Source of the DNA: Salpingoeca rosetta
Lineage: Eukaryota > Protista > Choanoflagellata
NCBI GenBank assembly: GCA_033442325.1
Contig: JAWQFM010000004.1
Span: forward strand, 1,795,393-1,859,392
Reading direction: 5' to 3'
Length of the DNA: 64,000 bases
Shown here: piece after piece, positions 16,558 to 27,370 of the stretch
How positions within the stretch are numbered: position 1 is the stretch's first letter
Layout of the letters: each line of letters opens with the position of its first letter
The notes under the pieces: model-generated
The model's input: the letters and a program-made list of their open reading frames with translations, nothing else
What the model was told of the DNA's origin: nothing
Database searches by the model: none
Program-made: the position numbers and the translations under genes

Positions 16558-17805
16558 ATGATGATGATGGCTGCCCGCTTCCAACCCCTCCTGCTGTTGC
16601 TGGTGCTGGTCGTCGTTGCACGCGTGTGCGGGGAGGTGGTATTGGAGGAGGATAAGGAAGGTGCACTGCACATCAACACAAGCGATCCAGAGAAGGAACC
16701 CGTGTTTGTCAATGGCGCGGACATCGGGAAGATGTTCGAGGTGGTGCAGCAGCAGGCCAGCATGTTGGAGGAGCAGATGGGTGTCAACGATGAGCTGCAG
16801 CAGCGCGACGAACAGCAGCAGGAAGCCCTCTGTCGCCGGTTTCCGCCGTCAACAGACACGACCACCCTGGCGAACGTCGGCACAGGAGGCGCCGACTGGC
16901 TTGGTGGCGTGCTGGCAAACAACGGCCTCATCTACGGCATCCCACACCGCTCTGCTTCTGTGCTCATCATCGACCCGACGACCAATGTTGCCGACACAAC
17001 GACCATCCCTGGCTTGGCCCCAGACGCGCGCAAATGGGGCGGTGGCGTGCTGGCACAAGATGGCCTCATATACGCCTTCCCATACGATGCCGAGTCTGTT
17101 CTGATCATCGACCCCATGAGCAACAGCGTGGACAATACTACTTTTAGCGTGCTCCCTTCTGGCACTGGTCAGTGGATCAGCGGCGTGGTGGCTGCTGACA
17201 ACGGCTTGATCTATGGCATCCCGTGGCGTTCCTCATCTGTGTTGATCTTGGACCCATTCATGAAGACAACGGACACCACAACTATGGCTGGGTTTGCAAG
17301 TGGGTGCTGCCAGTGGTATGGCGGGGCGCAGGCGGCCAACGGCCTCATCTACTCCGTTCCACGCGACCCCCAATCCGTGCTCATCATCGACCCAGCCACC
17401 AACACGGCCGACACCACCTCCATCGTGGGGCTCGCAGGCGACGACAAGTGGCAGGGTGCCGTGCGTGCGAGAAATGGCCTCATCTACGGCATCCCTTTCA
17501 AGAGTACATCGGTGCTTGTCATTGATCCAGCCACCAACACCACAGACACGACCTCCATCGCCGGCCTTTCATCTGAGCACGGCAAGTGGCGTGGAGGGTT
17601 GCTGGCGCCAAATGGAAACATCATTGGCATTCCCGCCATGGAGTCAAGCGTGCTCATCGTGGACCCACGCACCAACACAACCAACTTGTTGGAATCATTT
17701 GCTGTGGACGCTGCTGTGGACGCTGGCACCAACAAGTGGTATGATGGTGTGCTTGCCAACAACAACGGCCTCATCTATGGCCTGCCAAGTGGTTCGATGT
17801 TGTGA
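16558..17805 (+). CDS. Beta-propeller family copy 3, truncated in the 7th repeat
   Basis: Signal peptide, EEDKEGALHINTSDP module, coiled coil and six full repeats. The 7th ends GLIYGLPSGSML* and lacks the VLIIDPGC end seen in copies 1 and 2. Confidence 0.8.
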   Translation: MMMMAARFQPLLLLLVLVVVARVCGEVVLEEDKEGALHINTSDPEKEPVFVNGADIGKMFEVVQQQASMLEEQMGVNDELQQRDEQQQEALCRRFPPSTDTTTLANVGTGGADWLGGVLANNGLIYGIPHRSASVLIIDPTTNVADTTTIPGLAPDARKWGGGVLAQDGLIYAFPYDAESVLIIDPMSNSVDNTTFSVLPSGTGQWISGVVAADNGLIYGIPWRSSSVLILDPFMKTTDTTTMAGFASGCCQWYGGAQAANGLIYSVPRDPQSVLIIDPATNTADTTSIVGLAGDDKWQGAVRARNGLIYGIPFKSTSVLVIDPATNTTDTTSIAGLSSEHGKWRGGLLAPNGNIIGIPAMESSVLIVDPRTNTTNLLESFAVDAAVDAGTNKWYDGVLANNNGLIYGLPSGSML

Positions 17806-17990
17806 TGTGACTGGTCTGTGTGTGTGTAAGAGTGTTTGACTGGGACTTAGAGTAGGGTCTTGCTGTATACTGTGCGGGAGACGTAGTCGCAGGTAGTGCG
17901 GTTCATGTCTTCCTCCCCTTAGATCTGCTCTTCCTGCACAATGAGTCAATCGCACCACAGCACTCCGCTCGTGTGGTAGCGTGCTCAAAT
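17798..17990 (-). mobile_element. Possible 3-prime remnant of an LTR retrotransposon (polypurine tract plus short LTR) inserted antisense into propeller copy 3
   Basis: On the minus strand, CTAAGGGGAGGAAGA (PPT-like, ~17923-17908) is followed by TG...CAACA (17905-17798). It ends where propeller homology stops. The upstream frame ends ...LPHER...DLRGG, loosely like copia pol termini. No second LTR or target-site duplication seen. Confidence 0.35.
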
Positions 17991-18446
17991 TAGTTGCACG
18001 TGCATGTCTGTGGGTGACAGAGCATGTCCTACAGACCCACCCTTTTTCGATTCCCTTTCAATGCTTGCTGCCACACGCCAACCTCTGGCCTCTCCACCGT
18101 GACGCTGTGACGTGTGCCGAAGAGAAATCACATCATCCACCAGCAAAGCAAGCAAACATCTATCACACACTCGTTCTGTCAATCTATGCTTGGTCGTTGG
18201 TTCAAGTAAACAAGTCAAATGTCATGAAGACTTGACTGACTCAACCGTTCTTATATCTTGCTTGCTTGCTTGCAAGCACACAAATGCAAACAGAATTGTT
18301 TTGCACTTTGGAAGAGTGGTGCCACGCCCTCCCACAGTGTCTCGCCAAACCATTTCTTTTGTCATTCAACGAACCCTTCCCCACCCCACCCCTCTCTCCC
18401 TCGCCCGCCACTTCACGCCAGCCAGAAACAACGAAGAACAACAGCA

Positions 18447-19670
18447 ATGTGTGCTCTCCAACTTGCTTCGCCACGACCTTGGGTGGACTTGTATGCAGAG
18501 GTGCACAAACGCCCTACACCACAAGGAGGCGGCAGCAACATCTTGGACAATCTGCTTCTGAGGCATGGGCTGTATGAAGTGGGTGAGTCGAAAGATGTGG
18601 GTTCACTGTTTGGTGTGGCTGGCCCAGCCCTGGACAGCTGGATTGAGCGGAACCACAACAGAATCGTCGACGTTGGCGACATCAGGGCTTTGAGGGTGTT
18701 CAAGGGCACCAGCAATCCATGCATGGAAGCCGTGCGTCTGTTGGCGGTAGCGGCGGAACTGCAGAAGACCATCCACGTGTACTCGTACTTGGCCGACGTG
18801 CCGTTCATTGTCCGACCACCACCTGGATACCCTCCATCATCAGAAGTGACAAAGATCATCCACCGCACAGACGGGCACTTTGCCAAAGCCAAATCAGCCT
18901 GGCGGCGTGAAAAGATCCTGGTGCGAGCAACCTCAACGGTAGTGCCGTTTCGCTCTTGTGCCTCTTGTAGCCTTGCACGTCATCTCGGTGACCAGCGCGC
19001 CAGTTTGTTTGCTTGGCCATCTCACACCTTATTCCTTCATTCGCCCACGTGCTTGCGTGTTCTTGTTCTCCTTCAGGCCACACTCAAGAACTTTTTCCTT
19101 CGAGCTGGGAAGGGCAAAGTCATCATCAAAGGTGTTCTTGGAGCCCTTGGATTGACCCTTTTCATTGTCCTGACAGCATTGCTGCTCACATATGGCAGTC
19201 CCGGCACCTGTTCAGACATCAGACTCGAAAATACCAACGACACGATGGAGTACAGTGAGGCATACAAGAACTACGCGCACTGCCTTGCCACACGAAGCCG
19301 ATCGCTGTCCGCCTTGAGCACAAACTTTGGAATTCTGGGAGTGGTTATGGCCATCATGTTATCCCTCATCCAACATCGAAGGGGCCACAGTCTCATCAGA
19401 TCGGGATGGCTGCTGGCGTGCTGGGTTATCCTGTGTTGTGTTGTCATTACATTCACGGTCGCATGGAGCGTCGTGCTGAGAGTTGCGTTCCCGGAGTGCC
19501 CAGACGTACATCTATACCCCAGCAAGATGGACGCTGACTACATCGAGGATCTGGTGACTTGTCGAGAGGCTCGCACGGAGTTCTTTGCGACATTGGCCGA
19601 TGGCATCACAGCAACAATCGCAATCTTTGCGGTGAGCGTGGCCTTGGACAATGGTGGTGCCGAGGACTGA
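18447..19670 (+). CDS. OTU-like (apparently Cys-less) domain fused to a 4-TM region made of a duplicated hairpin
   Basis: ATG 18447; likely in-frame intron 18921-19076 (GTGCGA...TTCAG). OTU-like motifs: PTPQGGGSNIL, EAVRLLAVAAELQKTIHVYS, IIHRTDGHF. Four hydrophobic helices follow. Confidence 0.55.
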   Translation: MCALQLASPRPWVDLYAEVHKRPTPQGGGSNILDNLLLRHGLYEVGESKDVGSLFGVAGPALDSWIERNHNRIVDVGDIRALRVFKGTSNPCMEAVRLLAVAAELQKTIHVYSYLADVPFIVRPPPGYPPSSEVTKIIHRTDGHFAKAKSAWRREKILVRATSTVVPFRSCASCSLARHLGDQRASLFAWPSHTLFLHSPTCLRVLVLLQATLKNFFLRAGKGKVIIKGVLGALGLTLFIVLTALLLTYGSPGTCSDIRLENTNDTMEYSEAYKNYAHCLATRSRSLSALSTNFGILGVVMAIMLSLIQHRRGHSLIRSGWLLACWVILCCVVITFTVAWSVVLRVAFPECPDVHLYPSKMDADYIEDLVTCREARTEFFATLADGITATIAIFAVSVALDNGGAED

Positions 19671-21752
19671 TGGAATACCTCTCGTGTCAACAACACAATC
19701 AACTCAGAGAGGCCGTTCGGGTCGATGCCTGTGATGTGTAGTTATGTACCATTGACTGTTTCATGCTCCCATCTCGTAGTGTGGTGTGGTTGTGGAGTTG
19801 GCGGTGCGGTCGAAGGTTGTTGAGCTGAACTGTTGTACTCGTCTGTGTCATCGACTGCATGCTTGATTCAGCAGGAGCTCACGACCCGTTCAAAATACCA
19901 CAATAAACAACATGAACTCAGCTGACTCTTCCTTTGGTCACCATCAAACACTCAACAAAGACGGGTGAGTGAACACATCGACAGATCGCCGTGCCATCGA
20001 GCATGCGCTAAACAACACCCCAACAACAAACGATACGACACGCTATTCTTCTCTGCGAACCGCCAGCACACAGTCATTTGGTGCACCCCATCACGAACAG
20101 CCGAGCACGTAAATCTCATCCGCCCCCAGCTCCCTGTCTGCAAGCGCTGCGTACGCTGGGAGCGATACTGGTGGTACAGCAGTGCTCGCCGGTGGCGGTG
20201 GTGGTGGTGATGGTGGTGCGAATGATGACGACGACGATGACGACGATGAGGATGGTGATGATGCCACCAAGAAAAGCGAATACAAAAGGGCTGCCCCTGA
20301 ACGTCTGTGGCCCTATCGCTGCAGCCGTATCGGACATGGGTGACGGTGGCGCCGTGTTAGGAAAGGAAGGTGGACAAGCCCTACTGCTGCCGCTGCTTCT
20401 GCTGCCATCACAGCTGTTGTTGCTGTCGTTGCCGTTGCTGCAGATGAGGTCGAGATTTTGGCGTCTGCACTGCAATCCCGCTGCAGCGGTGGCAATGTGC
20501 TTGTGATGATTGGTGTCATTGACAATGTCGGCATCATGGCATGCGTCAGGGACGGTGGTGCGGCTGGTCCGTGTACAGGCGCAGGCAATGCTGGTGGGAA
20601 TGGGCCTGATGCCGCTCCCATATACTGGTTGCAGGAGTGGTTGCCGCGTTGTTCATTGTGGTGGCGCTATCGCGTGTGGTGTGGATGGATGCAACCCTCT
20701 CTGCCATGTCCTCTGCTTCGTGCACGAGTTCTTTCGCCTCCTCGACCACTTCAGCCACGCTCCCCTCCCCAGCCTGCTCTCCTGCGGTCGCCCACGCTGT
20801 ATGACTGCGGGTGGTGGCAGCAATGTCCCATGTGTGCGTTTGTGTGCAAGTGCATGAGCGTGCGCATGCGTGTGATCGAGGAGGAATAAAAGTGATGAAC
20901 AGGGACGTGACTGCAGCCGGCTTACATTGTGTGTGCATGGAGGTTGAGGCGTTGAGCAGGTGCTTGCATGAGAGTCGGGGAGGGGGCGTAGTTGTTGTGG
21001 CCGACGCTTCCTGATAGCAGCAAGGGGGTGGAAAAGGTGGTAGGATTGGATTCGAAGGCAGTGGTGGGTGGAAGCAGTCAGTAGAGTGAGTAGAGTGTAT
21101 TGCATACACACTGTCTTTCTACACACACATTGCTGTTACCTTGCGCTGCCTGCTCCTTCTTCATGTGCAAACTCTCAAAGCAACAGCAGCACGCTGAACA
21201 CGTTCAGCACGTGTGTCATCTTCTTGCACCGCCATGTGTGCGACACAGCGATCACGGTTCCATTGCCCACTGCATCGTGGAGTGGCTGCCACTGCTTGTG
21301 CAACAGATCAATAACACACGCGCAGCAGCTGTCCCTCTTCTATTGTTGTACCACAACAGCGAGCTGCTTGCTGGCTGGCTGGCTGGCGTGTACGCGAGGA
21401 AGGCCTTCCTTGTGATCGCATCCCCAGACCACCACAGTGTGCTTGCTTGTTTTCTTTCCTTTTTGCTTTCTGTCCTTTGCTTCTTGCTTGTTGGCGAAAA
21501 GTGGCGCTCGCATTGACAAAACGCACCACGCTGTTTGCTTCCTTCTTTTGCTTGCCATGTTGACAGAGAAGGAAAATCCTTGCATTTCTGGCAACACCTG
21601 CCACTCGATTTGGAAGCACTTTCCCTCCCTGCAGCAAGCAAGACAATATTTTTTATTGTGCCCTCACACACAAGCAAGACGATTGGTGGGTGTAATTGTC
21701 ACTTTTCGTTCAGGCACCTTCAGCAGAAACAAACCACAACACAACAACAGCG

Positions 21753-22700
21753 ATGGACGAAGTGGATGTGCGGACAGCAGTTGGGGCGGCTTTGACGGCC
21801 GTGGTGGGGGTGTCTCTTCTGTGGCTGATGTTTCTGTTGGGGCGCAGAAAGTCGCGTGAGCAGTTCCAGCACATCACCACCAACCACCCATCATCACTTC
21901 TTCTTGACAGTGTTGTGGCACTCACACAGACACAGGGCAGTCATGATACTGTGGATGAGGACGCGAGTGATGGTGAAGCAGTGCGGTGGAGGTGGTGGCA
22001 GCGGCAGGACAACCAGCTGGACGTGATGGAGCAGTTGATGCAAGAGGCAGGCTTGCAACATCACATCAAGGAACTCCTTCGATCTATCGCATGCGATGAA
22101 CCTGCGAGAGATATAGAGTGTGTTGCAATGTGACTTGCCGGGTTTGCATCATCACCGTTGTGCACATGCAAGCAGTCCTGCATGACATCTCCTGCAAGCG
22201 GTCCAATCATGTAATCAATGTTGTAGCTCGTCTCTGGCCTCTTCCGCACCTTGCACGTTTGAGAACTGACTGGTTGCACCAAACGCCTATTTTGCAGGCT
22301 GATCGGAACGACATTGGGAACCAAAGGCGCACAAAGCTTGGCAATTGCATTCGACAGGAGAAACAACAAAAACATCGAGGTTCTGAGGTGAGCACGCCCA
22401 CAGGCGTAAGTCTGTGATGTTGTGAGTGTTGCGATTCCAAGATATGACGCTTGCGATGTGTTTCCTGGACCATCTCCAGTGTGCAGTGTGTGGTTCGTGC
22501 CTGTAGTATTCATGTGCGCACACGCTTGCACGTCCGGACACACGGACATGGGCACACACACACACACACACACGCACACACACACGCACACACACACGCA
22601 CGCACACACACGCACACCCACCCACCCACACACACGCACACACACACGCACACCCACCCACCCACACACACGCACACACGCACACACACACGCGCGCGCG

Positions 22701-22759
<59 letters not shown>

Positions 22760-22775
22760 GCACACACACGCACAC

Positions 22776-22844
<69 letters not shown>

Positions 22845-25369
22845 CACATGCGTTCCTGTCGTGTTCAGGTTGTACGATAACCTGATTGGATCTGAGGACT
22901 GCGTCCTGTTGGCTGACGCCTTGCAAGGATACACTGATCTACGAGAGCTGCAGTCAGTCAATTGAGTGCAGTGCATACGTCGCAGTCATCCCGAGTGTGA
23001 TCATTGAGGGAACGAGGCATGCGACACGGTGATGGGCTTTCTTGTTGGGATTCTTTCCCTACCACCGGCCATTCTCCTTCTCACGCCTTCGTGTATATTG
23101 CCATTGGTGTCACTCTTTGCAGCATTGGGAACAACCCGATTGGACCTCAAGGCTGTCAAGCGTTGGCGACGGCTCTGCGTGGCCACTCAGAACTGCAGGA
23201 GCTTCTGTGGGTTTCACCCTGTGTGTCAGAATCATGCGTGGGTTATGCTTGTGATCTGACCTCCCTGCTTCTCTGGCGCCTTGCGTGTTGTTGTGGTGCA
23301 TCACAAATTCCATCACAATCACCATGCTGACAGCTCGCATCTCATCATAGCCACATCTCGGCCGCCTCGCCTGCTTTTGTCTTGAATCCACGCGCATGTT
23401 CTCTCGACTTAGGCTGATCAACGTTGGCGTTCCTGCTGCCCACGCAGTTGGTGCAGGGTGGCCAGAAGCACGGGACGTGCAGTGGTACATGTGCGTTCAC
23501 AGCTGCGGCGCTTCTTCATGCTCTGTCGTGTGTTGTACCTGCATTCCTCGCCCTTATGTGGATGAACTCAATTTTCTTTGGTCTGGGCTGGCACTTCTAG
23601 GTCGGAGGAACGAGAATTGACACGCGGCGTTGAACGGGAAGAGCAAGGTAAACCCTCACAAGTTGGTGTTGGTGTTTGTTTTGTTGAGCGGCCTTGTACA
23701 CTGCTCTCATGAGCTCGTGACACGGTAAATACGTGAACGTCACTGTGTCCCCCTTGTGTGGGAAAGGAACTGGTCAGGCCTTGTCATGGTCTTCACATGC
23801 TGACGAGGACGCACATCCGATCGCTGCCTACACTTTCTGTTTCAGCTCTGCCTGGGGTGACTTGTTTTAATCGCCTCGGAAACTGTGTGCCACTCAGCAA
23901 ACCTGCTTCTTCACCGCTCTTGTTTCATGTGCGCTGCTTCAGGCGACCAGCTCGCAGGACATGCAGGTGCTATGAGCACGAAGGAAGAAACAATCAGGCG
24001 GCTCCGTGAGTGCCGATACATGCTGCGAATTGCCTGTGCCCTCTGAGTGACCTCGAGTGACTCTGTGGCACCACTCACACGCCTGTGTTTCGTCTGCATT
24101 GCTTCAGGTGACCAGCTCGCAGAGCATGTAGATGCTATGAGAACGAAGGAAGAAACAATCACACAGCTCAGTGAGTGCCGATGCATGCTGCGAATTGCCT
24201 GTGCCCTCTGAGTGATCTCGCGTGACTCTGTGGCACCACTCACACGCCTGTGTTTCATGTGTGCTGCTTGGTTTGGAAGAACACCAAGTGTGGGAGAGCA
24301 CGTAATAGCTTGCGCGAGCAACAGGCACTTTGTTTTGTCTCCTCTGCCAACATATTTGCCTGCCTGTGTTGTCCTTGTTCATAATTCTCTCACGCCTGGC
24401 TGTGTTTCCCTTCTTTTCGTAGAGTCCCTCTTCAATCTCGACCTGAATCCAGCCCGCTTCGAGGAGAAGAAACGCGCAAAAGACCACGAAGGCAAGCCCA
24501 TCAAGGGCGCATTTGGCAAGCTATATCGCAGCACGTTTGCTGGGCACGACGTGGCGCTGAAGGAAGTTGACGATGTTGAAGAACGACCACGACTGCAGCA
24601 CCTGCTGGAAGCAATGAGCGACACAGCAACTTCAACATCAACAGCGGCACAGTCGCGTGTACCTGACAAGCGTGTGCTGAGAGAGGTGGCCGTCCTTGCC
24701 TCACTTCGCCATCCAAACATCGTGTCTTTTCTCGGGCTGTGTCATGACAGCGATCGCAGCACGCTTGCCTTCGTGCTGAGCTGGGCAGAGAACGGGTCCC
24801 TGTACGACTACATCCACGTGCACAAGAAACACATCAGCAACGTCGAGAAGCTGCGCATCTTGAGCGAGGTGGCGGCTGCGATGGAGTTCCTGCACGCCCA
24901 CGACGTCGTGCACCGCGACCTCAAGTCGCCCAACGTGCTGCTGGACGCATCGCTCTCCGCCAAGGTGGCGGATTTCGGCCTGAGCGCGTTCGTGCCAGAG
25001 AATGCGTCTGTGGTGTCGAAGGTGGTCGGCACACCGCTGTGGGCATCACCGGAGCAGTTGTTGGAGCAGCCATTGCGAGCTGACACGGACGTGTTCTCAT
25101 TTGGCTGCATTATGTGGGAGGTGTGGTTTAACACCAAACCTTGGCACCACGGGGAGTACAGCGGGGAATGCATATCCGGACGAACGCTTGGCGACAAGTA
25201 CAAGGCTCAGGAGTACCTGCCGCTTGATGTTGAGGAGGGGCGGAAAATGGAAGGCGCATTTAAGGCGCTGCTCCGTGGGTGCTTCCAGTCGAGCGGCAAT
25301 CGTGTTGGGTTCTGTCAGTTGCACACGGCCCTGAAGGCGCAACACGACGCTGGCGACCGGCTTTCTTAA
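21753..25369 (+). CDS. N-anchored RNI-type LRR / coiled-coil / TKL-like Ser/Thr protein kinase (8 exons)
   Basis: Phase-consistent exons 21753-22117, 22298-22387, 22869-22952, 23123-23206, 23413-23490, 23601-23647, 23943-24005, 24108-24170, then the kinase exon from 24423. [30 protein letters not shown] exons [27 protein letters not shown] and [27 protein letters not shown]. Kinase motifs [31 protein letters not shown]. Confidence 0.85.
23912..24269 (+). repeat. Tandem 165-bp exon+intron duplication (two full units plus a partial third)
   Basis: 63-nt exons [21 protein letters not shown] and [21 protein letters not shown] start 165 nt apart and are followed by near-identical intron sequence. 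Confidence 0.9.
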
Positions 25370-25728
25370 ATTGGCGAGAAGAAACAGCAGGAGCTGCTTC
25401 ACGGACCACCAGATGCGGTGTGGAAGTTTCCACAGCAGCTGCTGGCCGCGGTGCAAGCGACGGAGCTGTCGACGCGCCAATCCGTCCACATTGCACCACT
25501 TCAACCTGACGAGGACGCCGTCATTGAGGTTTGTGTTTGTGTGTGTGTGGGGGGGGGGTTGTCATGTGTCCTTCGTGTTCTTTGTGTTCTTTGTGTTCTT
25601 TGTATGCTTTGTGTGCTCGGTGTGCGTGCGTGCGCGTGCACGTGTCTTGCTTCTTCACAGTGCACTCAATGACCCCACCTCAGCTTGGTGCTGGCATCTT
25701 GCTCTTCGCCCTTCTCACTTTGGAATCC

Positions 25729-25821
<93 letters not shown>

Positions 25822-26719
25822 GCACGCACTTCCCACCCTGCAGCTCCTCCGCGCCGCTGGTGGCCGCACTGCTGCTGAGCCAAATCCGCTTTGCCCTTTC
25901 GGCCGCATGTTGTGTCGCGTCGCCATCACGTGGTGCGAGCAGAAGCTCGTCGCCTTCAACGGCGCCCTGCACCGCAACAACACCCGCTATCGTGGCCACC
26001 TCACCAGCGCCGGCCACCCGTTTGCGCCCAAATACGCCCACGACACGTTGACGGGCCAGGCAACAGATGCCGAGGAGCGGGCGGTGCTGGAGCGCGTCAC
26101 CCGTTCTGGCCGTCCTGGCGTTTACAACGTGCTTGACACGTCGCGCCTGTACAACATGCTTGACGCGAACTGCGTGGACAAAGATCCGCCCATTCGCCTC
26201 CAGCGCGTGTTCCATGGTGTGAGATCCCTTGAGGCCGTTGTTGGCATCCTGGGCGGTGACTTTGCACAACTGCAGACCCAAGGTGCGAAGTTTGGTGCGG
26301 GCTGTTACTTCACGCCAGACCTTGACTACGCCCTCGCTTACACTTCGCGCTGCCGGCCCAGCCACTCTTCTCCACCTGAACTGCACTGCCTCAAGCTTGA
26401 GCCAGGCAAAGCCTACCGCGTTGTTCTGGCGTGCGATGTCATGTACGGCAACCCGTACCCCGTGACGCACAAGAGCCTTCACCTCACCCGACGACATGAC
26501 CCGGAACGGAAATGGCGGTCATTCCGTGATCAGCCCCTCATCTCCAGACACGACGCTCACGTGGCAGTCATCGATTTCACCAGTGGCGACATTCGACATT
26601 CACAGCCGTTCCACCCACACACGCAGTGGGACCAGGGCGGCAATGTGCCGGCTGCGGAGATCGTAGTGACAGACCCTTCGTGCGTCCTTGTTCGAGCCGT
26701 CCTTGTGTTTGAGGCGTGA
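25370..26719 (+). CDS. PARP-like (ARTD, H-Y-E) ADP-ribosyltransferase domain, in frame with the kinase beyond a single TAA
   Basis: The frame continues IGEKKQQELL...DAVIE. A phase-0 intron at 25529-25843 leads to exon 25844-26719 with VFHGVRS, KFGAGCYFTPDLDYALAY, VVLACDVMYG and AEIVV. Confidence 0.8.
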
Positions 26720-27370
26720 GTGTTTCGAGTCCGCGAATGTGTGCTTGAAGTCTTTGGGCGTGTGTATTGCTTCTGTGTGTGTGTGCGTGTGTGTGTATTG
26801 CTTCTGTGTGTGTGTGTGTGTCCGTGCTGTGATTTGTAGGTCATTGCTGTGCGTGCTTTGCATCCTGTCCGCCACTGAAGTTCGTTCATTTCCATCAGTC
26901 CTCGTCTGTTCTGCTTGTTTGTTTGTGTGGACACCATTCCCATCTCCACTGTCCCCGCATACGCTGTTTTTTCGGTGCCACCGCAATCTCTGTTCCATCC
27001 CGCCCCTCCCTTCACTTTGCTTCGTGATTCTTCTTCCGTCTTTGAGAATCCACTTCATCTCCATCGCATTTCGTTGACGCACGCGTTTCTTCCTCTTGTT
27101 CCCGTGTTTAGTTGTTTGTCGTCTCCATAGAATGTGTGGTGTTTGTTGTGTGGCGTGTTCTGTTTTACCTTGCTTGCCTGGTTTGATTAAACAATGAGTG
27201 AGAAGCGATGTCTCATCCCACCACCACGCCAGAACCACACAAAGTCCTGGTTCAGGATCATCGGACGGAACATGCGTGAGGTTGTCGTTGCGCACTGTTG
27301 CCTTGGCTTGAAAAGTCGTGCAAATCTTTCGCTTCACACACAAACACAAACAACAACCCACTGCAACAAA

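Noticed and set aside
23912-24269. Direct repeats with intervening sequence as a possible CRISPR-like array (also 3243-3295 and 41975-42040)
   Set aside because: Whole units are duplicated with no unique spacers, there are no cas genes, and the context is eukaryotic.
25367-25369. TAA as a reassigned codon or selenocysteine
   Set aside because: TAA terminates propeller copy 1 at the conserved PGC end, and selenocysteine uses TGA.
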